The notes below the pieces were generated by a model. That model made no database searches. It worked only from the letters and a program-made list of their open reading frames with translations, and had not been told where the DNA came from. From Azolla caroliniana (taxonomy: Eukaryota > Plantae > Polypodiophyta), in contig JBHGNT010000010.1 of the NCBI GenBank assembly GCA_043228905.1, positions 8,742,001 to 8,806,000 of the forward strand: a DNA stretch of 64,000 nt, given 5' to 3'. A program made the translations under genes and the position numbers. This document shows positions 38,410 to 50,682 of the stretch, in pieces; within the stretch, counting starts at the first letter, position 1; each line of letters starts with the position of its first letter.

Positions 38410-41400
38410 GTCCGTCCAAAATAGGAGCCATTTGGCTGGACCATCCTAGCTATGTAGAGTTAGTTCCTAGTCGTGGTTCCATTTCATCAAATTAAGTGAG
38501 TCGAGTTTTTTCAGCATAAGTCGAACTTACCACATCTACATGTCATCGAGTCCTAGCCTCTGCCCTTCTAGATTCTGGAGCCAACTCTTGTTTCATGGAT
38601 CATGAATTTGCTTTGTCACAAAACATCCTCTTGAATAAGCTTCCCAGCCCAGTAGCCGTAGGAGTCATTGATGGGTGTCCCATAGCATCAGGAGATATAG
38701 TCGAGGAGTCTGAGCCAATCAGGATAGTTCTTGGCAATTTGGCAAGCATAATCTCTTTCAACATTATTCGTAGTCCGGAACACCCAATAGTTCTAGGTCT
38801 CCCCTGGTTTGAACTCCATAACCCGAAGATTGATTGGATGAAAAGAACAATTGAGGAGACCCGAGAAAAAAGCACAAACCCTGCATGTGATAATAGATCT
38901 CCGGAGTTATCGCCCATCTTTTTACGACAGTTGCGAGAGGAAGGGGGGAACGAGGCCATGTTCGTCTTCGCAATAATAGCAACTCCATCATCCACTTCAC
39001 ATGAGGCGGATATTAAACTTCCAGAGAAATACAAGGAGTTTTCAGATGTCTTTGATAAGGTGAAGGCTAATACATTGCCGGAACATCGGCCATACGACTG
39101 CCCTATTGACTTACAACCAGGGAAAGAACCTCCATGGGGCCCAATTTATAATCTCTCCCCTGTAGAGCTAGAAACTTTGCGGGAATATATTGATGAGAAT
39201 CTGGCAAACAGATTCATTCGGCATTCTAGATCCCCTGGTGGTGCACCTATCTTCTTCATTAAGAAGAAGAATGGGACTCTTCGGTTGGTCGTGGATTATT
39301 GAGGGCTAAACAAAGTGACTATTCGGAATAGATATGCTCTACCATTAATCCCGAATCTTTTGGAACGTCTCAGTGGTGCAAACTATTTCACGAAGTTGGA
39401 CCTTCGCGGAGCATATAATCTAGTTCGGATTCGCCCAGGGGATGAATGGAAGACAACTTTCCGCACTCACTATGGACATTTTGAGTATACAGTGATGCCA
39501 TTCGGTCTCACGAATGCACCTGTTGTTTTCCAACATATGGCGAACGATATTTTTCGAGATTTTCTTGATATCTTCACTATAGTTTACCTAGATGATATTT
39601 TAATCTACTCAAAGACCCAAGAGGAGCATGATGAACATGTTCGTCAGGTACTGCGTCGACTCCGAGAATATGGTCTCTACGCAAAATTAGAAAAGTGTAG
39701 TTTCGGCCAAAATCAAGTGGAATTTTTGGGGTATGTTGTATCATCAAATGGTATTGCTATGGACCCCATGAAGGTACAAGAAATTTTAGAGTGGCAAACG
39801 CCCCTTTCAGTGCGTGATGTGCAATGTTTTCTCGGGTTTGCAAATTTCTATCGAAAATTTATTAAAGATTATTCCAAGGTTGTGCTTCCACTTACTCAGC
39901 TCACACATAAAGATCGACCATTTATATGGAGTTCAGATGCAGCCGAGGCATTTGAAAGCTTAAAACGAGCATTTACAACGGCACCTATCTTAGCACATGT
40001 CGACCCAACAAAACGCTTCATCCTCGAAGCCGATGCATCCGATTTTGCACTAGGGAGTGTCCTCTCGCAGACTGGAGATGGACAACTACACCCTGTCGCC
40101 TTTCATTCACGAAAGTTTGAAGCTGCAAAGATCAACTATGAGATCCATGACAAAGAGCTTCTTGCAATCGTGGATTCGTTTCAACAATGGCGACATTTCC
40201 TAGAAGGTTCTTCTCAGCAGATCATTGTCTACAATGATCATAAGAACCTGACTTATTTCCAAAATGCTCGAGTCTTGAGTCGGCGACAAGCCCGGTGGGC
40301 GCAATTTTTGACTCACTTCGATTTTATCATCATATATCGCCCTGAGATGTAGCAAGGCAAAGCAGAGGCTCTTTCTCGGCGCTCTTATATGGAACTTCGT
40401 CTAGGGGAACCTGCATTTGAGCATCAAAAACAAATCCTTTTGGGTCCTAATCGATTACGATTAATGGTAGTTAACACCATAACAACTCTTGGAAATTCCA
40501 CTCTTCTTGATTCCATTCGAGATCATATGGCCACTGATGATTTCGCCAAGGATGTTTTGGATCATATTGTCGCGGATCGTGCTTCTTGCTCACGGTCGAA
40601 AAATCCTCGTAATGACTATTGTCAGTTCTATTGGCATGGTGGTTTTCTATTTTGACAAAATTTATTGTATGTTCCTGATGGTCCCCCACGGCTACAAGTT
40701 TTGCAACATTGCCATGACTCACCAATGGCTGGTCATTTTGGAGTTCACAAGACTCTAGAATTAATTTCTCGACGCTATTGGTGGCCTCGCCTTCGTCATT
40801 TTGTTGAGGATTATGTTCGGAGTTGTGATATATGTTGTCGATCAAAGAATCCTCGTCACCGACCCTATGGCTTACTACAACCACTTCCCATTCCGGAAAC
40901 TCCTTGGAAGTCTATATCCTTGGACTTCATTACTGATCTCCCAGTTTCAAAAGGTTTTGATGCAATTCTCACAGTGGTTGATCGATTTACCAAAATGGCA
41001 CATTTCTTGCCATGTACAAAGTCGATTACTAGTCAAGAGGCGGTTGATCTTGTTATGCGGGAGGTATTTAAGCATCATGGTCTGTCGGATGATATTATTA
41101 GTGATCGTGGTCCACAATTCATCTCAAAGTTTTGGAAGCACATGTTCAAACTTCTTCACATTTCAGTTAAGCTTTCTTCGGGCTATCATCCTGAAACAAA
41201 TGGCCAAATAGAGCGTACCAACCAAACATTGGAACAATATCTTCGTTGTTTCATCAACTATCAACAAGATGATTGGGTTGCTTTTTTGCACTTGGCGGAA
41301 TTCGCTTACAACAACTCAGCCCATTCTTCTACACGATATTCCCCATTTTTCGCAAATACGGGTTGTCATCCTCAGTGGACGATGAATGCGCATCCAGAAG

Positions 41401-42029
41401 TTCCTACCAACCCTGCTGCCGAGGATCGTCTTAGTCGCCTCGAAGAAATTCAAGCTAACATTCTCCACAATTTGCACGATGCTCAATTTACACACAAGAG
41501 GCTTGCCGATCGTCATCGTCTAGACTCCTCAAAAAAGTTCCGCATTGGGGATTATGTATGGCTTCTCCAACACAACATCAAGACTACTCGACCTTGCAGT
41601 AAATTGGATTACCAACGTTTTGGCCTTTACATGATTACTGGTAAGATAAGTGATGTTGCATTTCGTCTTCACCTCCCTCCGCACATGCATCTTCATCCGG
41701 TGTTTCATGTATCCCTTTTGGAACCTTATACTACAAGTTCAATTCCGGGCCGACTTACGACACCCCCACCACCTGTCGAGTTCTTGGACGGGCCTGAATT
41801 TGAAGTTGCTACCGTTCTCGAATCTAAAATCGTGCGCAACAAGCTGTATTACTTAGTCAATTGGCTAGGTTATACCCCCAATGATCGAACTTGGGAACCT
41901 GCCGCAAATCTTTCCAATGCTGCAGAACTCGTCAATGCATTTCATCACCAATATCCTTGTAAACCAGGTCCTAATACAAACCCTACGACCCGTGAGACGT
42001 GTTGTCGAAGAAGGGGGATAGTGTCATGA
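38400..42029 (+). pseudogene. Chromovirus Pol in the -1 frame, with five in-frame stops
   Basis: ALLDSGA, YLDDILIYS, DASDFALG, SISLDFITDLP, chromodomain FEVATVL..YYLVNWLGY..TWEP; all fragments share one frame. Confidence 0.95.
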
Positions 42030-45000
42030 TAACACTCACATTATGACTCAAAAGGATTTGAACCCACGACCTTGTTGTACACATGTCAAATCCTTAACCA
42101 TTGTATTAATATTCTTATATGTATAGTCTCTCGAATATGAAATCTAATATCATAGGAATATTCTATATTACTCTACATTCTAGAATGACCTAGAATATTC
42201 TAGAGTGTTCTATACCACTAGAACCTTCTAGAATACTCTAGAGATCTTCTAGATTACTCTACATTCTAGGATAACCTAGAATATTCTAGAGTGTTCTCTA
42301 TTACTTATAAATAGGGATCTACCACCCATCCCAAACCTAAATTGGTTCAACGCCATTTTGTAGCCTACTCTTTGTAATCCATTTTACGCTTCAATACAAT
42401 AATTCTCTTCAATTATCTCTCTATCTCTTTTTCTCTCTTTCTCTCTCTCAGTCTTGACAGATACTGCCAATCGGACTCCGGCCCATGCAGGTACATTCGG
42501 CAACTGGCCGACTCTAGGATTTATCTAATCCTATATGTCGATGACATGTTGATTGCAGGAAGCAATCAAGCAGAGATCAGAAAGTTGAAGCAAAGCCTTC
42601 ATGTCAAGTTTGCGATGAAGGAACTCGGACAAGCCCGTCACATACTTGGCATGAGGATCGAGCAAAATCGGATGACCAAGACTCTCCGACTATATCCAAA
42701 AGGTGCTAAAGCACTTCAACATGGAGAATGTGAAACCAACACCAACACCGCTTCCAACGTCGATCCAACTATCGAACAAAGACTCTCCTTCAATAGAAAA
42801 GGAGAGAGAGCTTACTGGAAAGATTTCCTACGCATCGGTCGTAGGAAGAATCATGTACGCAATTGTGGCGACCCGACCCGACCTAGCCTATGTCGTAGGG
42901 GTGATCAACTGGTACATGTCAAACACAAGACAGAAGCATTGGGAGGTTTTCAAGCACATCATCAGGTACCTAAGAGGGACCAAACATACATGGCTGACTT
43001 TCGGTTTGACAACCTCAACCAAAGTCAAAGGCTACCTAACTCTGACTATGCCTGCAATATAGACAATCAGAACTCAACATCAGGCTATAGTTTTACCTAT
43101 GGTGGCGGTGCTATATCATGGAGGTTGAAGCTTCAAGAGTGCACGACCCTATCGACCACAAAGGCCGAGTTCATAGCAACAACGGAGGCAGCCAAAGAAG
43201 TGATCTGGTTGCACTGACTTATTGTTGATTTCCTAGCTACAAGCCGAAGCGACCGACCAACGCAATTCACCTCATCAACAATCCCATCTATCATGCAAAG
43301 ACGAAGCATATTGAGATACTGTATCATCACATCCAGGAGCTCATAATCGAGAAGAAGCTTGAAGTTCGGAAGATTGACACCGAGGAGAACATCGCGGATT
43401 GCTTGATGAAACCACTCCCAGATCAACGCTTTGGAACACTAAGGACACATATGGGACTGCGACAAGCGACCGAGCAGAAGAAGGCCGAGCGAGGTGCAGA
43501 AGGTGTTGAGAAACAAGTCCATCCGATGGGGTCCGGATGAGAACCGGACGAGCCAGAACATACGAGATGAAGGGAGGAACCGGACTGGATGGATCCGAAA
43601 GGTATGCAGATACCGGATCGGATGGATCCGGAACGAGTTCGGCCGGATCCGGTATGAACCAGCAACTAGGAACATATATGTAAATATGTTCAGACGTGAC
43701 CGTTGACGTCATATTTGTAAATAGCCCGTAAGTTATATGAGTATAAATATAACTAGGGCAAATAGTGTATGGAGTTGTCATCATTGTAGTTTGTTATTGC
43801 TTTGTGGATAGACAAAGAGAGACAAAGAGAGAAACAAAAAGTATTTTATGTTGTAATAGCCAGTTGGCGAAGATATAGACCTTGAGCTCATTGCCTCCGA
43901 GTCTTGTATTGTATCCTTCCTCTCATACTGATAGTTGGAGTTTGTGGGCTCCCGTGGTTTTTTTTCACGTTAACATCATGCTATTTTCTATTTTCTTCCA
44001 TTGTGTGAGTGAGACTCGATTGTGATCGAGCACTATTTCGCACAATCTAGTATCAAAGCATGGAAGATCCATTCAGCGGCATGTTCAATCTCACCGGCTC
44101 CAACTACCCAATGTGGAAGTCGAAGATGACGGACATGTTGGTGCTTAAAGATCTCTAGTTACTAGTACAGTTTGGAGACAAAAGACAAGACAAGATCGAT
44201 GTCGCAACCTGGGACGTGATGCACATGAAGATGACGACATACATTCGATGCTTCATCGACATGAGCCTGTACAACAACTTTATTGAAGAGAGTAAGGGTC
44301 ATGTGCTCTCGGAGAAAATCGGCACCATGCTGGAGAGCAAGAATGTCGTAAATCGGGTTTCGGTATTCGGAAGTTAGTGAGACTTTGATACCAAGACGGA
44401 TCCAACACGGTAGAGCACATGAATGCATTCTAGCGGCTGATAAACCAAACAACTTCGTTGGAAGTACCTCTAGCCGATGAGGTACTCGCATTGCGGCTGC
44501 TCGGTTCCCTCTCGGATAGTTGGGAGACACTAGTTGTCAATTTGGGCAATGTCGGGCCGGAAGGGAAACACCTATCCCTAGTGAGGGTAAAATCAAGCTT
44601 ACTAGATGAAGAAGCTCACCGGAAAGACCTGGAGTCCGGAATCAATCCGAAGGCCTTGGTTATGGAAGATGACCATAATAGGGAAGAGGTCGGAATCGGA
44701 GTCGTCAGATTCGGGACAAATCAGGGACAAGGTCAAATTTAAGGGGGAGGCCAACTTGCTTTTATTGCGGAAAGCCGGGGCACCTCCAAAAGAATTGTTG
44801 AAACTTCCGGAAAGCCAGAGATGGAGCTGACATTCCAGAACCGAAGAAGATTTCGGAAAAAGAGAGGAACGTCGGCAATCGCGAAAAGTGAAGAGGATTT
44901 GTTGCTCATCACTGAGGAAAATGAACTACATCTTGTCAACGACGAAAAGACATTGGTGGTCGACTCCGGCACGTCGTTCCATCTGACCCTCGACCGGAAG

Positions 45001-45077
45001 TGCTTCTCATCATATAGAATCGGAGATCACGATTGTGTCTGGATGGGAAATGAAGGTACGTGCCGAATTGTCGGCAT

Positions 45078-47076
45078 AGGGGATGTGTGTTTGACTATGT
45101 CAACTAGGTGCACGTTGCTATTAAAAGATGTATGACACATTCTAGAGGTTCGGTTGAACATGATATCAATCGGTTGGCAAGATGATAAAGGCTACATGAG
45201 CAGCATCCGGAACAGAGTCATGAAGTTTTGAAAAGGAAGCCTGATCGTGGCTCGATTCCAAAAGATCAACAAGTTGTACCTGATGCATGCCTGGATTTGC
45301 CAAGAGGAAGAGAATATGGCATTCGACAATGTCGGTGAGTTGTGGCACAAGGGGATGTGTGTTTGACAATGTCAACTGGGTGCACGTTGCTATTAAAAGA
45401 TGTATGACACATTCTAGAGGTTCGGTTGAACATGATATCAATCGGTTGGCAAGATGATGAAGGCTACATGAGTAGCATCCGGAACAGAGTCATGAAGTTT
45501 TGCAAAGGAAGCCTAATCGTGCCTCGATTCCAGAAGATCAACAAGTTGTACCTGATGCATGCCTGGATTTGCCAAGAGGAAGAGAATATGGCATTCGACA
45601 ATGTCGGTGAGCTATGGCACAAGGGGATGTGTGTTTGACAATGTCAACTGGGTGCACGTTGTTATTAAAAGATGTATGACACATTCTAGAGGTTCGGTTG
45701 AACATGTTGAGAACTCGACGTTCTTTATGTCCGACGCTCGGCCACAACCGAGCTTCTTTTCATACACAGAAAAAACAGGTAATGAAACGCAACACAAAAG
45801 AGGAGAAATGGTACACATGAGGTATACGTGGAAAACCCCAAAATAGGGGAAAAACCACGGCAGCCCACTAGCTGCAAACTGTCACTATGTAGAAAATATA
45901 CAACAGTGAGATCACTGAGGCAACGACCTCGTGTTCTCAGATCTTCGCCACAGGCGGCGGTTACAACAGAGGCAACGACCTCGTCTCTCTCTCTCTCTCT
46001 CTGTACAGTTACGCGCTCTGATTTCTTCTTGCACCAACAAGGAAGAAACAACAAGAATGACAACAACATTTCTAAAAGTTTGCCCTAAGTCATATTTATA
46101 CTAATATGACTTTTCGGCTATTTACAAATGTAGCCTCAATGGGCTCCATCCGGCTCTCCACAGTCGGGTACTCCCCGTCCGGCTCTCCGCAGTCGGGTGC
46201 TCCTCATCCGGCTTTCCGCAGTCGGGCCTACACCATCCGACTCTCCGCAGTCGGGTACTCCTCATCCGGTTCTCCGTTTCGGCCTCGGCCGAGTTTGTTC
46301 GTCACCACTATTCTTCTCCCTTCCCATCCGGAGGGACCTGTCTACCAACAGAACATAATATCAATCGGTTGGCTAGATGATGAAGGCTACATGAGTAGCA
46401 TCCGGAACAGAGTCATGAAGTTTTGCAAAGGAATCCTGATCGTAGCTCGATTCCAGAAGATCAACAAGTTGTACCTGATGCATGCCTGGATTTGCCAAGA
46501 GGAAGAGAATATGGCATTCGACAATGTCGGTGAGCTATGGCACAAGGGGATGTGTGTTTGACAATGTCAACTAGGTGCACGTTGCTATTAAAAGATGTAT
46601 GACACATTCTAGAGGTTCGGTTGAACATGATATCAATCGGTTGGCAAGATGATGAAGGCTACATGAGTAGCATCCGGAACAGAGTCATGAAGTTTTGCAA
46701 AGGAAGCTCGATTGATATCAACAAGTTGTACCTGATGCATGCCTGGATTTTCCAAGAGGAAGAGAATATGGCATTCGACAATGTCGGTGAGCTGTGGCAC
46801 AAGGGGATGTGTGTTTGACAATGTCAACTGGATGCACGTTGCTATTAAAAGATGTATGACACATTCTAGAGGTTCGGTTGAACATGATATCAATCGGTTG
46901 GCTAGATGATGAAGGCTACATGAGTAGCATCCGGAACAGAGTCATGAAGTTTTGCAAAGGAATCCTGATCGTGGCTCGATTCCAGAACATCAACAAGTTG
47001 TACCTGATGCATGCCTGGATTTTCCAAGAGGAAGAGAATATGGCATTCGACAATGTCGGTGAGCTGTGGCACAAGA
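45078..47076 (+). repeat. Five tandem copies of a 272-bp unit from Copia PR/pre-integrase coding sequence
   Basis: ggatgtgtgtttgac recurs at 45081, 45353, 45625, 46548 and 46805; the third copy carries a solo LTR and the fourth is 257 bp. Confidence 0.95.
45705..46350 (-). mobile_element. Solo LTR of a B-related Copia family
   Basis: tgttg..caaca ends, TSD gaaca (45700-45704 / 46351-46355), homologous to the B1/B2 LTRs. Confidence 0.94.
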
Positions 47077-47930
47077 GGTTGTGCCACATGAACCAGAAAG
47101 GGATGCATAAAGTTGTTGAAGATAACCTCATTCCAGAGGTGAAAGATGTGCAACTAAGTGCATTGACTGTTTGGTCGGCAAGCAAAACTGAACCTCTTTC
47201 CGGTCGAGACCACTAACGAGACGGAATGCACCACTAGAACTTGTGCATACCGATGTATGCCAAGTGGACACGAAGTCACATGCCAAATCGTGGTACTTCG
47301 TGACGTTCATAGACGACCACAGTCGGAAGGTGTGGGTCTCACCACTGAAGACGAAGGACCAAGTATTATCCGTCTTCGAGGAATGCCACGCGAGATTGGA
47401 AAGCAAAACCGGCCAGAAGATGAAAGCAGTTTGAGGAGTACTGTTAGACGAATCCAGTTCAAACTCACCATACTAAAGATGTCGGAAGAATGAACTAGAT
47501 TGTAATAGAGAGAGTCTGAAGCATGCTTGAACATGCTAAATTACCCAAGACGTTTTGGGTTGAGGCGTTGATGACGGCGACCTATGTAATAATTAGATCA
47601 CCCTCAGCACCCTTGGAGGGAGACACATCATAGAGAGTATGGCCGGTAAAGAAGTGTCTTACCGACATCTTAAGGTGTTCGGATGTCTAGCTTACGTGCA
47701 TGTTGCAAAGGATAAGAGAGAAAAGTTGGATCCAAAGTCCCGACCACGCATATTCCTTGGATATGGTGATGATGAGTTCGGCTATCAAGTGTCACGGGAC
47801 TTGGTCGACAAGAAGGTCTTCCGCAGTCAAGGCATAGTCTTCATGGAAGACAAGAACATTGCCGACTGGGAGTTGGAGAACAAGATAGTGGACTCCAGGT
47901 TGACTGACAGAGATCGGTCAGAAGATACAA

Positions 47931-48163
47931 GGACAAGCCAACAACTCACAAACTACGCCAACAACTCCGAACATGACAACTACGGTGGTCTATTCGTAAT
48001 GAGACATAGAGCAAACTCTATGACGTCTTCCGACTCCACAAGAACCTCCAACTTGGAAGACGTGTGGTTTGTCGATTCTGGTGCCTCACATCACATGACA
48101 TCCCACGAAGAGTGGTTTAGTGATTTGCGCACACCCGATCAACCCTGCGTCATAGAGACGGGT

Positions 48164-48164
<1 letters not shown>
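47931..48164 (+). mobile_element. Copia family E/A gag-protease linker fragment
   Basis: Similar to about 31200-31430; VWFVDSGASHHMT; ends at a (GA)n run. Confidence 0.8.
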
Positions 48165-48210
<46 letters not shown>

Positions 48211-49269
48211 GAGCTGGTATTTTTTGTCTATTCCGACGATATGATGGGTTAACCACCTTACTTTACTAGTGTTAATGGTGGCAGTTGTGGAATTTGCAAT
48301 TTGGTTGGCCATTCTGGTGGTAACTTCTCGAATTCGCGAGACCATTGTTGTGGAATTTCCTAATCACATGAAAATTCCAGCACCATTAAATTCATTCCAT
48401 TCGTTTTTCCCTCTTGAAACAAAGTATACTTTGGCATTAAGGGAGGAGATACGATTCGAATCTCTCTTTTGAAAGTGTATTTATTGAAATCAAACACTTT
48501 TTTCATTCGGCCACGTCCTGCTTCAACTTCCCGAGCTAAGATTAGGGTTTATTTTGATATATGAACCCGAACATATACGGGCTTTATGAGTTTTTTTCAT
48601 AAAATTAAATACTCCTGATAGAAAAGTAGGGTCCCATTCACCTTATTTGCTTCCACTATCAACTTGCTAGAGGCTCTACAGTTTTTGAAGTAATAACTTT
48701 TAATATATTAAGAAGAACAATTTAATAGAATCACCATGGCTAATACTTACTCTTTTATTGTCTTAGAGAGAGAAAGAGAGAAAGAAAGAAAGACATATTA
48801 ACGTCTTCTAATGCCAAAATTGGCCCATGAGACAAATGCTTTACAACAAAAATGGGTATTTATCCAATCATCAAAACTAAAATAAACGTAAAGTAAAAAT
48901 AGCTCAACCTAAAAGAATTCTAGTAGTGTACAAAACTTTGCACTAAGCCTAATTTCATTTCCACCCAAGCCTGTCAAAAAGAAGTGGGAGGTCAAAGGTT
49001 TTTGGTCTGGGTGTAACCCATGGTCCCGGTGTATAGAGTGCCCTAGCCATTACTTCTAGGCGGTGTAGCTCACGTTCCCTTATTTTCGTTATTGCTTCTA
49101 CATCTCGTCGAGTTGCTTTGAAACCCAACATCCAAGGGTGTTTGGTTCTTCTTTGATTTTCTGCTTCATCAAGGAAAAGCCCGAGTGGTGCAAGTGTGTT
49201 GACATTTGTTATCTCCCCCTGTTCCTGAAAAACTTCATTTGTTACATGTTGGTAAACATTAACAACATT

Positions 49270-50490
49270 ATTATCAACATTTTATAACTTATTCTCTCTG
49301 TGTTGTTTCAATTCTAGGATGTATCTGCTTAATTTCTTTATATCTAGTGTATCTAATAGTTTAGAGAGGGTAGGAGAGGAACCAAGTATGTCTTGATATT
49401 TTACCCTTATCTCGGCATAGGTGGGACATTTGCATGTAAAATGGTACTCATCCTCTATCTCTATGTGGCATAACCTACATATCCTTTCCTCCCTAGGGAC
49501 TCCATTAGTGCGTCCATTCTCAATCTCAAGTTGGTGAGATGATATTCTAAGTTGACCGATGGCAACCTGAAAAGAATTGCGTGCGGAAGCAATATAGGAA
49601 ACCGAACAACAGAAAACGCAGGTTTAACGGAAAGCTTAGGTTTGCACAGTACACACGGGAGAGACAGAGAGAGAGTCAAACACTAGAACTTAGTTTAAAA
49701 ATAATACTCAATTTGTACATAGAATGTGCTCAGTGAGCACTTTTATACAAGCCTTGACAACGGGCTGACACAAGTACTGACAGTACTTGACTGCTCATAA
49801 ATGAGCCTCGACACTTACTCCCAAAACTATTCCTTACGAGAAATATCTTTCTAACGGCCATCCGGTCTACGCACGGATACGGCCTTCCTACGCACGGGTC
49901 TGCGTAGTGGTTTACGCATCCGTTTTACGCACCGGTCCGGCCTAACCGATCGGTCCCAACCAATCCGGTCCTCGGCTTGCTCAGCCGATCCGGCCGATGT
50001 TGAGCTTGTCTCTCAACACAACCCTTAGTGCATGTGGTAAGAATACATCTAGATATTTTGGCCACGTAATAAAACCTAACTTAGAGAAGTGCATGAAGTG
50101 TTCTTTATAGTACAACATTTTAGATGGGAGTGGCTCTAGTGGGGTGATCCATTTATACCGAGTATAAATTTGCCATATTTCTTGCCGTATTACTTTATTG
50201 CGGTCCTCATGTGAGATTGAAGTGTTATAAGTCGCGTGGTCATACTTAAGGGGGGAGAGGTTATTAATGTCTAGATCGTTCACAAGAAGCCAACTCACCA
50301 TGATGCCATACCATGAGCTAGTATAGCCGGACTCATACAATGCTCGAGAAGCCTTAAAGGCTTGATGGGATATTCTATCAAGTGGTTGGCTATGTATCCT
50401 ATGGATAAAGACTACAAGTTGAAAAAGTGCTTGTAGTAACATCGGGGGTAGAGTGAACTCAGCCCTAATAATGTCATGTAGAGGCAGAAA
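49270..50490 (-). mobile_element. 3' end of an RTEX-like LINE, interrupted by a solo LTR
   Basis: Removing 49568-50018 restores ..LRVAIGQLRISSHQLEIENGR..PREERICRLC..EDEYHFTCKCPTY, a LINE C-terminal zinc-finger motif. Ends are approximate and the clade call is from memory. Confidence 0.75.
49568..50018 (-). mobile_element. Solo LTR of Copia family A
   Basis: TSD caacc (49563-49567 / 50019-50023); on minus it starts tgttgagagacaagctcaa and ends cttccgcacgcaattcttttca. Confidence 0.93.
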
Positions 50491-50682
50491 CAAACATTAG
50501 TAGAAGACCCCTACACATTATCACTTTGGTCGTGATCACCCTGATTTCACATGGGAAATCGTTAAACCATTGAAGTGGTAGCTCTGCTTAACTTTTGATT
50601 AGTTATTGTTAGAATGAAACAAAAAGTCGACAAACTTTATTATTATGACTAGGGGATTTGGCTTATGGCCTATGTCTTTCTT

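Larger units (their letters stand above)
36728..42459 (+). mobile_element. Full-length Ty3/Gypsy chromovirus C1 (Tcn1-like)
   Basis: LTRs 36728-37195 and 42022-42459, TSD gatac (36723-36727 / 42460-42464), PPT 42007-42021, no tRNA PBS, gag plus PR-RT-RH-INT-chromodomain. Confidence 0.97.
35680..43503 (+). mobile_element. Ty1/Copia fragment D (RT and RNase H), interrupted by chromovirus C1
   Basis: RT 36227-36727 (KWV..YKARLVVK..QMDVKTTF) resumes at 42465 (YVDDML..TTKAEF). Outer limits are approximate. Confidence 0.85.
43504..47930 (+). mobile_element. Ty1/Copia element B3 (B-related), 3'-truncated
   Basis: LTR 43504-44044 (tgttgag..caca), degenerate Met PBS tagtatcaaagc 44048-44059; gag, PR and INT homologous to B1. 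Confidence 0.88.

Noticed and set aside
48210-49260. Possible exon or promoter region
   Set aside because: Only short ORFs with no recognisable homology.
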